From an uncultured virus (IMG/VR IMGVR_UViG_3300000115_000010) (taxonomy: Duplodnaviria; Heunggongvirae; Uroviricota; Caudoviricetes), in IMG/VR virus record IMGVR_UViG_3300000115_000010, positions 1 to 64,000 of that record: a stretch of 64,000 bases of DNA; one strand, given 5' to 3'. Below, one piece after another: positions 35,819-45,481 of this stretch (the first letter of the stretch is position 1; each line of letters begins with the position of its first letter). Below the pieces are notes generated by a model, which was not told the DNA's origin, did no database searches, and saw nothing but the letters and a program-made list of their open reading frames with translations. The position numbers and the translations under genes were made by a program.

Positions 35819-36142
35819 GTGGTGAATAATGTAGGTACAGATATTCGCGACCTTCGTCAAGGTCGTGTGAGTATTAATGATATCAAGTTTGACTTGATTA
35901 AGATTATCGAACCACATGATGGGTGGTTAGCAACAAATGAAGGAAGTGACAAACTTGTAAGTCGTCTGTTTACTCGTTATTTGAGTGACTTAAGATACGC
36001 TAGTTTAGTAAATGACTTTAATATTAGAAGTGCTATACGTAATAATGCAATTACATATGATGTTTCTGTTAAAATGAGTCAAGAACGTAGTGATAAGAAA
36101 CTCAAAATTCATGTGGGTGTATATCAGAAACGAGTAAAGTAA
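35819..36142 (+). CDS. Hypothetical protein, paralog of 40811..41098
   Basis: SINDIKFDLIKIIEP...RLF..YL.DLR...AITYDVS.K...KLKIHVG.YQ shared between the two. Confidence 0.7.
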   Translation: MVNNVGTDIRDLRQGRVSINDIKFDLIKIIEPHDGWLATNEGSDKLVSRLFTRYLSDLRYASLVNDFNIRSAIRNNAITYDVSVKMSQERSDKKLKIHVGVYQKRVK

Positions 36143-37653
36143 TGACAGCGACCCGTATTAACTTAACAGAACGTAATAAGGACTATGCAGTATTTTTGCC
36201 TAGTATTAGTACATTTTATAATAATTATATTGCTAAACAACAAGTAACCGGTGGACAGCACATTTTGCCAGACCGCATGCCAGATGGTTTTGAAACTGGC
36301 ATGGAAGGCATGAACTTTCTCAATGAGAAGGATGCTTACTATAGTTACAAGTGGGGGTTATACTCCGCAGGACATGCCCAACTTAATTTAAGCAAAGCTA
36401 ATGATTCAGATGCAATGGTACAAGGACGTGATCGTGACAAAACGTTTATGCTCTGTGACAGTGGCGGGTTTCAGATTATTAAAGGTGTTATCCAGTGTGA
36501 CTGGGATAACTTTAAAACTGATGACAGTTTACGTCAGAAGATCTTAAACTGGTTGGAACACACGGGTGACTACAGTATGATCCTGGATATTCCAACACTG
36601 GCGGCGGATCCTACATTTAGTGGTCGTACTGGTATTACTAGTTTTAATCAGTGCTTAGAGTTTACAGACTTTAATGTAAACTGGTTTAAAAAGAATCGCA
36701 AATATCAAACAAAATACTTGAATGTTATGCAGGGACGTAATTGGGCTGAAGCAGAACACTGGTATGAAACTATGAAGCATCATGATTTGGAAGGCTTTGC
36801 GTTTGGTGGTAGTGCTAAAAACGATATTAATATTGTATTGCGTACACTTATTAAGATGCGTGATGATCAGCAACTAGAACGTGGTAAACGTGATGTGCTA
36901 CACTACTTGGGTATTGGTAGATTGGAATGGGCAACAGCCTATACAGCAATCCAACGTGCATTGCGTGAGCATGTAAACGAAGATGTTCAAGTAATGTTTG
37001 ACTGTGCATCGCCTTTCTTAGCAACAGCAAATGGTACAATGTATACCCAACATGTACATAAAAATGACCGCTTTGGTTATGTTATGGATAAAGCAATGGA
37101 CAATAAAGCACTAAGCGGTAGTAAGTTGGCATTTCCCTTTGGTAGTCCAATTGGCGAAAGACTTAACTTAGGTGACATTTGTCATTATGCACCTGGCATG
37201 CTGAATAAAATTGGCAAAGAAGGAAAAACTAGTTGGGATAGTTTTACATACATGCTGTTAATGTCACATAATGTATACAGTCATATTGAAAGTGTACAAC
37301 GTGCAAACGCACTTACTGATATGGTAAACACAACAGTAAGTACAGACTACAGACAGTGGCGTAAGCTAAAAGCGACCAGTAAAGATGAAGTGTTTAGTCC
37401 GTATGTACCACGTAATATTGTTTATATGACGCAATTTATTGATCAATTGTTCCGTAGTGAAACGCCAATGCAAATGTTAGACGAAGCGGAGTCTATGCTT
37501 GCTAACTTTAGTGGACAGAAACTACAAACATCAAGTGCTGGAAGTTTTAGTAACTTGTTTGAAGTTGACGATGTGGTTTCAGAAGAATTAAATGAAATGA
37601 CAGCTGAACAAGAAGCTGAGGCTGAAAACTTCTTAGAAACATTGGAGGTATAA
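36142..37653 (+). CDS. TGT-fold transglycosylase, DpdA-like (7-deazaguanine insertion)
   Basis: DSGGFQI catalytic motif, MILDIP, NVMQG, AFGG, HYLG and FDCASP; in a cluster with dpdL, folE and queE. Confidence 0.8.
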   Translation: MTATRINLTERNKDYAVFLPSISTFYNNYIAKQQVTGGQHILPDRMPDGFETGMEGMNFLNEKDAYYSYKWGLYSAGHAQLNLSKANDSDAMVQGRDRDKTFMLCDSGGFQIIKGVIQCDWDNFKTDDSLRQKILNWLEHTGDYSMILDIPTLAADPTFSGRTGITSFNQCLEFTDFNVNWFKKNRKYQTKYLNVMQGRNWAEAEHWYETMKHHDLEGFAFGGSAKNDINIVLRTLIKMRDDQQLERGKRDVLHYLGIGRLEWATAYTAIQRALREHVNEDVQVMFDCASPFLATANGTMYTQHVHKNDRFGYVMDKAMDNKALSGSKLAFPFGSPIGERLNLGDICHYAPGMLNKIGKEGKTSWDSFTYMLLMSHNVYSHIESVQRANALTDMVNTTVSTDYRQWRKLKATSKDEVFSPYVPRNIVYMTQFIDQLFRSETPMQMLDEAESMLANFSGQKLQTSSAGSFSNLFEVDDVVSEELNEMTAEQEAEAENFLETLEV

Positions 37654-37654
37654 A

Positions 37655-38422
37655 ATGCGTGATATTGTTTTAGTAACTGGTGGATTTGATCCGTTACACT
37701 CAGGACATATTGCTTATTTTAAAGCAGCTCGGGAACTAGGTGATATCTTAGTTGTCGGGCTGAATAGCGACAGTTGGCTTACCCGTAAAAAAGGTAGACC
37801 ATTTATGTCTTGGAATGAACGTAGTAGTATTATTGGCGAACTTGAGTGTGTTGATGAGGTTATTGGATTTAACGATGATGATGGCACCGCTGTTGATGCA
37901 ATTTCAGAAATGATTTCAGAATATCCGAATGATAATATTATATTTGCCAATGGCGGAGACCGTAAAAAAGGCACAACACCAGAACTAGAATTTGCTAAAC
38001 AATTCGATAACGTTACATTTGAGTTTGGTGTTGGTGGTGAAGATAAAAAGAACTCTAGTAGTTGGATACTAAAAGACTGGAGCCAACCTACTACAAAAAG
38101 AGCATGGGGTACTTATACAGTACTTCACAACGGCCCAGGCTGGGCAGTAAAAGAACTAGCATTTGGTACTGAAACTCCACTAAGTGATCAACGACATTTT
38201 ATTCGTAGTGAACATTGGCATGTAGTTGAAGGTGTTATACAAATGGATTTAGAGTTTGACAATGGCGAAAAATCTAGTACAATATATACATCAGGCGAAA
38301 GTATTGACATTCCTGTTTTAACTTGGCACAAAGCAACTAACATTGGTAGCACAACAGCAAAAGTTATTGAAGTTTGGATGGGAGATAAATTAACAGAAGA
38401 TGATATTGAAAGAAGAGATTAA
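37655..38422 (+). CDS. Cytidylyltransferase (RfaE/HldE-like) fused to a mannose-6-P-isomerase-like cupin
   Basis: TGGFDPLHSGH, ANGGDR, KNSSS; R.WG.Y, LS.Q.H..RSEHW.V..G cupin. Confidence 0.85.
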   Translation: MRDIVLVTGGFDPLHSGHIAYFKAARELGDILVVGLNSDSWLTRKKGRPFMSWNERSSIIGELECVDEVIGFNDDDGTAVDAISEMISEYPNDNIIFANGGDRKKGTTPELEFAKQFDNVTFEFGVGGEDKKNSSSWILKDWSQPTTKRAWGTYTVLHNGPGWAVKELAFGTETPLSDQRHFIRSEHWHVVEGVIQMDLEFDNGEKSSTIYTSGESIDIPVLTWHKATNIGSTTAKVIEVWMGDKLTEDDIERRD

Positions 38423-38994
38423 TGACTACAGTACAGATTTTTCCCATTAGTGTATATGATGGTGAAATTAGCGAAGCTACTCATACTGCAACTGTAGACA
38501 AATTAAAAAATGTTCAATGGGATTATCCGGTTGAACATTCTTCAGAAGCACATAAGATGAATATATCCGATAATGGAACTGCAAATTTTCAATCTGACGT
38601 TATATCACAATTTGAATTAACAGAATTTGCCGATGAACTTATAAAACATATGGAAGAATATTCAAAAAGCATTGGAGGATATGTCGGAGACTTTACAAGA
38701 AGTTCTTGGATAACAAGATATGAAAAAGGTGATTATGCTCAACAGCATTCACATGGATCTGCAAGCATATCAGTAGCTTATTACATTGCTAGTAACGGCG
38801 AAGATGGAGATTTTTATTTTGCTAGTCCTAGCCAACAAAGGTTTACAGCCAATACATCACACTTACCAAATATGGTAAGAATATCTCCACAAGAACGCAA
38901 GCTATTATTATTTCCAAGTTGGCTAGAACACGGTGTGTTTAAAAATAAAACCGACAATATTAGGAAATGTTTATCAGCTAATATATATTTTTAA
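38422..38994 (+). CDS. 2OG-Fe(II) oxygenase (TIGR02466-like)
   Basis: H.H, S..YY, LLLFPSWLEHGV and R...S.N. Confidence 0.8.
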   Translation: MTTVQIFPISVYDGEISEATHTATVDKLKNVQWDYPVEHSSEAHKMNISDNGTANFQSDVISQFELTEFADELIKHMEEYSKSIGGYVGDFTRSSWITRYEKGDYAQQHSHGSASISVAYYIASNGEDGDFYFASPSQQRFTANTSHLPNMVRISPQERKLLLFPSWLEHGVFKNKTDNIRKCLSANIYF

Positions 38995-39016
38995 TGAAAA
39001 CAATTTGGATTACACA

Positions 39017-40078
39017 ATGAACACAATTTGGATTATACCAATTGAGCCTATTGACCAGCGTTATACTAAACAATGGTACGATAACATTCCACTTACACTA
39101 AAAGCAAAAATTGCAGAACGTGAACTTAATTATTTTGTACAAACTATTGATGGTGAAGATTTTAAACCTGATGTGAGAACTGAAGGTGCCTTTCTTGACT
39201 TTGGTGCAACTAATGTATACAAAGCAACACAAGCGGCAGAAGTAAGTCGTATGTTTAGCAATGGCAAAGTTAAAGCAGGTGACAAATTTCTGATAACTGA
39301 TGCTTGGAACTTTATCATCACTCCAATCAAATACATGAGTGACCTATTAGATATTCCAGTAGAGATACATAGTATTTGGCATGCTGGTGCATATGATCCT
39401 ACAGACATACTTGGCTATAAAATGAGTAAGCCATGGCCTTCACATGTTGAAAAAAGTTGGTATTATAGTAGTGATTATAATTACTTTGCAACAAATTTCC
39501 ACAAAAATATGTTTTTACGCAACTTGGATATTCCAGTAGAAGATCATGGAAGAGCAATACGTAGTGGGCAACCACACGAGCTTATTGTTGACAGTTTAGT
39601 ACAGTATCAAAATACACCAAAGAGTGATAAAATTATGTGGCCACATAGGTGGAATGATGATAAGCAACCGGATATTGCATTAGCATTAGCACAAGATTTT
39701 GATATGGTTATTACACAAAAAATGAACCTTGACAAATCACAGTACTATGCTAAAATGGGAGAAAGTAAATTAATTTTTAGTTGTGCATTACATGAAAACT
39801 TAGGTATCAGTGTTATGGAAGCAGTACTAACTGGTGCTATTCCTATTGTGCCAGATCGTGCAAGCTATAGTGAGATGTATTTGCCAGAATTTAAGTACCC
39901 ATCTGAATGGACTGCAAGTTTTGAATCATATAAACAACACAAGGATTCACTAGTAGGATTTATAAAAGAAAAACTAATCATGTTTGACAAATACCAAGAC
40001 GTATTGGTTAAGCAACGTAACATTCTTATTGAAAATTATCTAAATAGCAGTGTTATGATAAACAACATACTGCAATAA
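39017..40078 (+). CDS. GT-B (GT4-like) glycosyltransferase
   Basis: HR...DKQP and ENLGISVMEAV..GAIPIVP donor-binding motif; ATG 39017. Confidence 0.8.
   Translation: MNTIWIIPIEPIDQRYTKQWYDNIPLTLKAKIAERELNYFVQTIDGEDFKPDVRTEGAFLDFGATNVYKATQAAEVSRMFSNGKVKAGDKFLITDAWNFIITPIKYMSDLLDIPVEIHSIWHAGAYDPTDILGYKMSKPWPSHVEKSWYYSSDYNYFATNFHKNMFLRNLDIPVEDHGRAIRSGQPHELIVDSLVQYQNTPKSDKIMWPHRWNDDKQPDIALALAQDFDMVITQKMNLDKSQYYAKMGESKLIFSCALHENLGISVMEAVLTGAIPIVPDRASYSEMYLPEFKYPSEWTASFESYKQHKDSLVGFIKEKLIMFDKYQDVLVKQRNILIENYLNSSVMINNILQ
39993..40008. promoter_or_regulatory. Intragenic copy of the operator palindrome core
   Basis: ACCAAGACGTATTGGT exact 16-bp match, preceded by TTGACA (39984). Confidence 0.6.
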
Positions 40079-40094
40079 AAAGGAACATAGTATA

Positions 40095-40784
40095 ATGACA
40101 AAGACTTCCGATTTGATTAAGCAACGACTTAAAGATCAAAACATTAGACATTGGGCTGGTGACAACATTAGCTCAGTATTAGAAGATGGCGATAAACAAA
40201 AACTTATTGATGAGGCGACAACTAGTTTTGAAAATGTATTGGACTCATTAATTATTGACAGGGACAATGACCCAAATAGTCATGGAACTGCCAAGCGTCT
40301 TGCTAAGATGTATTTTAATGAATTAATGAGTGGACGGTATGAGCCAGCACCCAGTGCAACAGCATTTCCAAATGATAGTGCTGAACGTTATGAAGGTATG
40401 CTAGTTGTACGTAGTGAATTAAGAAGCATGTGTTCACATCATCATCAGCCAGTAGCAGGAGTTGCATATATTGGCATTATCGCCTCTAATAAATTAATTG
40501 GACTAAGTAAGTATACAAGAATTGCACAGTGGTGTGCAAGACGTGGAACTTTACAAGAAGAGTTGGCAACCGACATTGCTCGAGAAATTATGAAAGCAAC
40601 AGAAAGTGAAAATGTAGGGGTCTACATTCAGGCTACCCATGGCTGTTGTGAAAATCGAGGTATTATGGCACATAGTAGTTTAACACAAACTACAGTACTT
40701 AAAGGTAGCTTCCATAATGATCCTGGATGCAAAAAAGAATTCATGGATAATATTAAACTACAACAAGAATATGCTCCAAGATAA
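40095..40784 (+). CDS. folE: GTP cyclohydrolase I
   Basis: SMCSHH, GLSK..R, LQE.L, HGC...RG and T....G.F. Confidence 0.95.
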   Translation: MTKTSDLIKQRLKDQNIRHWAGDNISSVLEDGDKQKLIDEATTSFENVLDSLIIDRDNDPNSHGTAKRLAKMYFNELMSGRYEPAPSATAFPNDSAERYEGMLVVRSELRSMCSHHHQPVAGVAYIGIIASNKLIGLSKYTRIAQWCARRGTLQEELATDIAREIMKATESENVGVYIQATHGCCENRGIMAHSSLTQTTVLKGSFHNDPGCKKEFMDNIKLQQEYAPR

Positions 40785-40810
40785 ATGTAAACAATTAATA
40801 AGGAATAAAG

Positions 40811-41098
40811 ATGTATACCCGTTTAAGCATTAACGATATCAAATGGGATCTAATAAAGATCATTGAACCATTTGATGGTATCCTCGAAAATAAGCCACGT
40901 GGAGAAACGTCGATCCGTCGACTTTTTGAAGCGTATCTTAAAGACTTACGTTCAGATCAACAAATATCAGATTTTAACGTATATAGTAACATTCGTGACA
41001 CAGCGATTACTTACGATGTTTCTATAAAAGTGGCATCAGATAGATCGCCACGAAAACTAAAAATCCATGTTGGCACATATCAACACCCATGGATATAA
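40811..41098 (+). CDS. Hypothetical protein, paralog of 35819..36142
   Basis: SINDIKWDLIKIIEPFDG...KLKIHVGTYQ. Confidence 0.7.
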   Translation: MYTRLSINDIKWDLIKIIEPFDGILENKPRGETSIRRLFEAYLKDLRSDQQISDFNVYSNIRDTAITYDVSIKVASDRSPRKLKIHVGTYQHPWI

Positions 41099-41179
41099 TT
41101 TTTAAATTGCATTAGTAATTTATATAAGGGTGAAGCATTTAGTTAAAGAACACCCACTACTAACTAAGAAGGACTTAAA

Positions 41180-42106
41180 ATGAAACGATTTTTACTCGCA
41201 ATGGTAGCAATGGTATTTGCTACAGCGGCTTCTGCAAAAGAAGTTACACTACTAATGGATTGGTTTCCACAAGGTAACCAAAGTGTTTTCTGGCAAGCTA
41301 TGCTGGATAACGATAATCACGATTTGAAAATTAATATCAAGGCAGGTGGCCCTGGTGTTAAAACAGCAAATCTAGTAGCCGCAGGACAAGTTGAGTTTGG
41401 ACTTAATGGTTCAGATTCAGTAATGATGGCTAACTCAAAAGGTGCAGGACTGGTAGCAATATTTGCTAACTTGGATCATGTTCCTTATACATTAGTATTC
41501 CATCCAGATCAAGGTATTAAAACTGTACAGGATTTAGACGGCAGACGTTTTGCTGTTGTTCCTGGCATTACATATTGGAAATGGATTAAGAAAGAGTACG
41601 GCGTAAGTGCTGACGAATTCCCACTAAAAGGCGACTTGGCTCTATTTGGCAGATCACCTGAAATGTTCCAACAGGGATATTCAATCTTTCTTCCAGCAAG
41701 ACTTGAAGATAAAGGTATTGCAAACGAACAAATTAAAGTGTCAGACTTGGGCTATAAACCATATAGCACACTGTTTACTACACAAAAAATGATTGACGAA
41801 AACCCAGAACTAGTACAAGAAGTTGTAGATAGACTTAGAGCGGCTTTTGTTAAATCTCTTAACAATCCAAAACCAACTATGGATTTGATCTTAGGCAAGA
41901 GTAAAAAAGTTACCCCAGCAGTACACATGAATGCTATTAACCTTATGAAAGAAGAATTTCTTCCTAAGGACTACAGTAAACTGGGTTGCATGAAAAGTGA
42001 ACGTTGGGCAGAACTAGCAGGACAACTAAAAGAAGTTGATGTTGTACCTAGTGATTTCGATCCATCGACTAGTTTCAATCTATCCTTTATGGGCAACTGC
42101 GAGTAA
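41180..42106 (+). CDS. NitT/TauT (NMT1/THI5-like) ABC substrate-binding protein
   Basis: Signal peptide (ASA|K); LMDWFPQGNQ, GGP, AGQVEFG, I....DLDG. Confidence 0.85.
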   Translation: MKRFLLAMVAMVFATAASAKEVTLLMDWFPQGNQSVFWQAMLDNDNHDLKINIKAGGPGVKTANLVAAGQVEFGLNGSDSVMMANSKGAGLVAIFANLDHVPYTLVFHPDQGIKTVQDLDGRRFAVVPGITYWKWIKKEYGVSADEFPLKGDLALFGRSPEMFQQGYSIFLPARLEDKGIANEQIKVSDLGYKPYSTLFTTQKMIDENPELVQEVVDRLRAAFVKSLNNPKPTMDLILGKSKKVTPAVHMNAINLMKEEFLPKDYSKLGCMKSERWAELAGQLKEVDVVPSDFDPSTSFNLSFMGNCE

Positions 42107-42118
42107 GAGGTAGATACT

Positions 42119-42823
42119 GTGATTGCAATTTCCAAAGTAAGTAAACACTTTGACGAAGTTCAAGCACTAGCAGAAGTAAACTTAAATATTGCCACAGGCG
42201 AGTTCATCAGTATTGTTGGACCTTCAGGCTGTGGCAAGTCTACCCTACTTCGTGTGATTGCTGACCTAGTTGAAACAGACGGAAGTGTTACCAAACCTAG
42301 TAAAGGTGCATTTGTATTCCAAGATAGTGCATTGTTACCTTGGCGTACAGTACAACGCAATGTAGAACTGTTAATGGAACTAGATGGCACTGACAATAAA
42401 AAAGACAAAGCCCGTAAAGCATTAGAGCAAGTTGGTCTAACGGGATTTGAAAACAGTTATCCACATCAACTAAGTGGCGGTATGAAGATGCGATTAAGCC
42501 TAGCAAGAAGTTTAGTATTAGATCCACAATACATATTGCTAGATGAGCCACTGAGTGCAGTAGACGAATTAACAAGAGAAGTCCTGCAAGAAGAATTACA
42601 CAACATGTGGACCAGAGACAAGTTCACTGCTATACTTGTAACACACAACATAGCGGAGGCAGTTTATCTAAGTAATAGAGTTGTCGTCATGAGTCCACGT
42701 CCAGGTAAAATTACAGACATTGTAGATATACCATTTAAAAAACGAACACCAGACATTAGAACAAAACCACAGTTTACAAAACTGGTAAATGATATATCAG
42801 GAAAGTTAAGAACATGGAGATAA
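42119..42823 (+). CDS. NitT/TauT ABC ATP-binding protein
   Basis: GPSGCGKST, FQD.ALLPWRTV, YPHQLSGGM, LLDEP, VTH and MSPRPG. Confidence 0.95.
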   Translation: MIAISKVSKHFDEVQALAEVNLNIATGEFISIVGPSGCGKSTLLRVIADLVETDGSVTKPSKGAFVFQDSALLPWRTVQRNVELLMELDGTDNKKDKARKALEQVGLTGFENSYPHQLSGGMKMRLSLARSLVLDPQYILLDEPLSAVDELTREVLQEELHNMWTRDKFTAILVTHNIAEAVYLSNRVVVMSPRPGKITDIVDIPFKKRTPDIRTKPQFTKLVNDISGKLRTWR

Positions 42824-43587
42824 AAAAGATATTACCACCTGTACTAATACTTGTACTATTTTTAGGCAGTTGGCACATAGGTGCATTAATGTATGACATG
42901 GCATTTTTATTACCTACACCTTGGACCGTAGCAAAACAATTTATTGCAGACTTCGACATTATTATGATCGGACTAGCACAAACATTTACAGCGGCTTTTT
43001 CAGGATATATTATTGCGGCACTGTTAGGTATTAGTGTAGCAACTGTAATGAGCCTAAGTAAAATACTAGAACGCAGTTTATATCCATATGCGATACTACT
43101 ACAGACAGTGCCTATTGTTGCTGTCGCACCACTAATTGTATTGTGGTTTGGATTTGAGATTAAAAGTATAATCATTATAAGTGTTATTATTGCACTATTT
43201 CCTATTATAAACAATACACTGCTAGGACTAAAAAGTACAAACACAACACTAGTTGAGATGTTTAACTATCACAAAACAAACAAATTTAGTACATTTTATA
43301 AACTTAGGTTTCCTGCCGCAATACCAAATATTTTTGCTGGTCTAAAAATTAGTGCAGGACTTAGCGTTATTGGTGCTATTGTAGGCGAGTTCATTATTGG
43401 CAGTGGTAGCGAAGAAGGCGGACTAGGAATACAAATTATCTATGCACAATCAAACTTAGAAACAGCTCTAGTTATGGCGCTTATATTAACAGCGACAGGC
43501 TTAGGCTTTGCATTTTTTATGACAATACAGACCATCGGTTGGCTGTTAATGCGTAAATGGCATGAATCAGAAATGAAAGGGAGTTAA
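42814..43587 (+). CDS. NitT/TauT ABC permease
   Basis: Six TM segments; LPTP, P.VA.APL...WFG, KLRFPAA.P.IF.GL, AIVGEF. Confidence 0.92.
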   Translation: MEIKKILPPVLILVLFLGSWHIGALMYDMAFLLPTPWTVAKQFIADFDIIMIGLAQTFTAAFSGYIIAALLGISVATVMSLSKILERSLYPYAILLQTVPIVAVAPLIVLWFGFEIKSIIIISVIIALFPIINNTLLGLKSTNTTLVEMFNYHKTNKFSTFYKLRFPAAIPNIFAGLKISAGLSVIGAIVGEFIIGSGSEEGGLGIQIIYAQSNLETALVMALILTATGLGFAFFMTIQTIGWLLMRKWHESEMKGS

Positions 43588-44481
43588 ATGGACGGAGTAC
43601 CAGTAATTGACATCAGCAGAGATCCTGATGTTGTACATAAAGAGATAGATGAAGCTTGTAAGAAATGGGGCTTTATTGTTGTAAGTGGACATGGCATAAG
43701 CAATGATCTTATTGACGACATGTTTAGTGTCAGTAAAGACTTTTTTGACCAATCACAAGAATATAAAGATACATTCGATAGAGCAAGTATTGGTAGAGGA
43801 TACTATGCAGTAAGAGCCAAAGCACTTGCTAAAACACTTGGCATTGAAGATGCCAAACCTGATGAGAAAGAAAGTTTCACAACAGGACAAGAAGCAGTAC
43901 CAGGTGATCCGTACTATGAAACACAAGGTGCCCAAGGACACTTTGCTCCAAACATTTATCCTAATGAAGAGTTTGAAAGAGTGTATAGAGATTACGACAA
44001 AATGTGTGTTGACTTATCACAACGTATACTTGATCTAATGCATTGTCCGTTGCGTAGCGATAAACCAATTAGCACACTAATCACACATAACTATCCAAAG
44101 CAAGATGTCTCGCCTGAAGGTATCAGAGCAGGTATGCACACAGACTTTGGAACACTTACACTATTGCTTACAGAAGACAAGCCAGGCGGCTTACAAGTAA
44201 TGGGATTAGATGACGAATGGCATGATGTAAAGCCGTTGCCTTATACATTTATTGTAAACTTAGGTGACCTAATGCCACGTTGGAACCCAGAATGGCGTAG
44301 CACACTACATAGAGTTACAAACCCTCCTGTGGGAAGTGAATCAAGACGTATGAGTGTAGTATACTTTCATGCACCCAACTATGAAACAGAAGTAGATGGT
44401 ACAACATCAGGTGAACATTTAATGATGAAGTTTGGCAAAAATAAGAATGTGGAGGAAAAAAGTGACAACAATAGCTCGTAG
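43588..44481 (+). CDS. Isopenicillin-N-synthase-family 2OG-Fe(II) oxygenase
   Basis: VPVID, AC..WGF..V.GHG, HTDFGTLTLL, GGLQV, VNLGDL, STLHRV and R.S. Confidence 0.9.
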   Translation: MDGVPVIDISRDPDVVHKEIDEACKKWGFIVVSGHGISNDLIDDMFSVSKDFFDQSQEYKDTFDRASIGRGYYAVRAKALAKTLGIEDAKPDEKESFTTGQEAVPGDPYYETQGAQGHFAPNIYPNEEFERVYRDYDKMCVDLSQRILDLMHCPLRSDKPISTLITHNYPKQDVSPEGIRAGMHTDFGTLTLLLTEDKPGGLQVMGLDDEWHDVKPLPYTFIVNLGDLMPRWNPEWRSTLHRVTNPPVGSESRRMSVVYFHAPNYETEVDGTTSGEHLMMKFGKNKNVEEKSDNNSS

Positions 44482-45481
44482 AAAGTTAGGTCTAACCCAT
44501 TGGGATAATAAAACAGCGGGCGGGTATACACTATTTGCACCACAAACAGGAGGCGGACGTATACCACTCATTGACGATAGCGGTGAAGTAGTACACGAAT
44601 GGAACATGCCTGTTAGACCAGGCAGAGATGCAGTACTATTAGAAAACGGTAACTTGGGTTATAACGGAAGTCATAACACCAGTGTTGACCTTTATCCACC
44701 TTGGGATATTTGGCATGGTGGTCACTTTATGGAAGCTACAAAAGATAGTGAAATAGTTTGGGAATATGAAGATCCTTATGCACACCACGATGCACAATGG
44801 CTAGATGGCGGATTGTTATATGTTGCTGCCGCTGAATATAAAGACGGACGATTCAGTGACATTGTGCGTATGGTAAACCGTAAAGGTGATGTTGTATGGG
44901 AATGGTGTGCATGGGAACATATTACAGAAGAAGAGTTTCCAGTACACGAAGGTATGCCCGACAATCATTGGCCCATGATTAACGGAGTATGTCTATCTGG
45001 TCATACTATCTATTTAAGTTTGCGTAACACAAGTGGCATTATTGGAGTAGACAGAGCTACAAAAGAAGTTGTATGGAAAAAGCAGTGGCCCGATGTAGCA
45101 CAACAACATTGTCCTGTTGTTACCACAGCCGGTACAATGATTGCATTTTGTAATGGAAATATTAGGCCACCCGGGTTACATCACAGTAGGATTGTAGAAT
45201 TTGATTTAGCAACTAAAGAACAAATATGGAGTTATGTGGATGATATGCCTCCTAGTTTCTTTAGTCCTTATATGGGCAGTGTACAACGTTTATGGAATGG
45301 CAACACATTTATTTGTGAAAGTGCCTTTGGTAGATTGTTTGAAGTTACACCAGAAGGAGAAACAGTATGGGAATATGTTATCCCATGGTTTGAAGAATAC
45401 CCTGCACCACTAAACGAATTTATTACAGGAGCTCAAAACAGTTGCTTCAAAGCACATAGGTACAAAACATGGGAAATTTAG
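44462..45481 (+). CDS. Arylsulfotransferase (ASST-like beta-propeller), no signal peptide
   Basis: GGAGG SD with GTG 44462; G.V.H.W, HHD, G.VVWEW, QH, GSVQRL.NGNT.ICE...GRLFEVT..GE.VWEY. Confidence 0.75.
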   Translation: MTTIARRKLGLTHWDNKTAGGYTLFAPQTGGGRIPLIDDSGEVVHEWNMPVRPGRDAVLLENGNLGYNGSHNTSVDLYPPWDIWHGGHFMEATKDSEIVWEYEDPYAHHDAQWLDGGLLYVAAAEYKDGRFSDIVRMVNRKGDVVWEWCAWEHITEEEFPVHEGMPDNHWPMINGVCLSGHTIYLSLRNTSGIIGVDRATKEVVWKKQWPDVAQQHCPVVTTAGTMIAFCNGNIRPPGLHHSRIVEFDLATKEQIWSYVDDMPPSFFSPYMGSVQRLWNGNTFICESAFGRLFEVTPEGETVWEYVIPWFEEYPAPLNEFITGAQNSCFKAHRYKTWEI

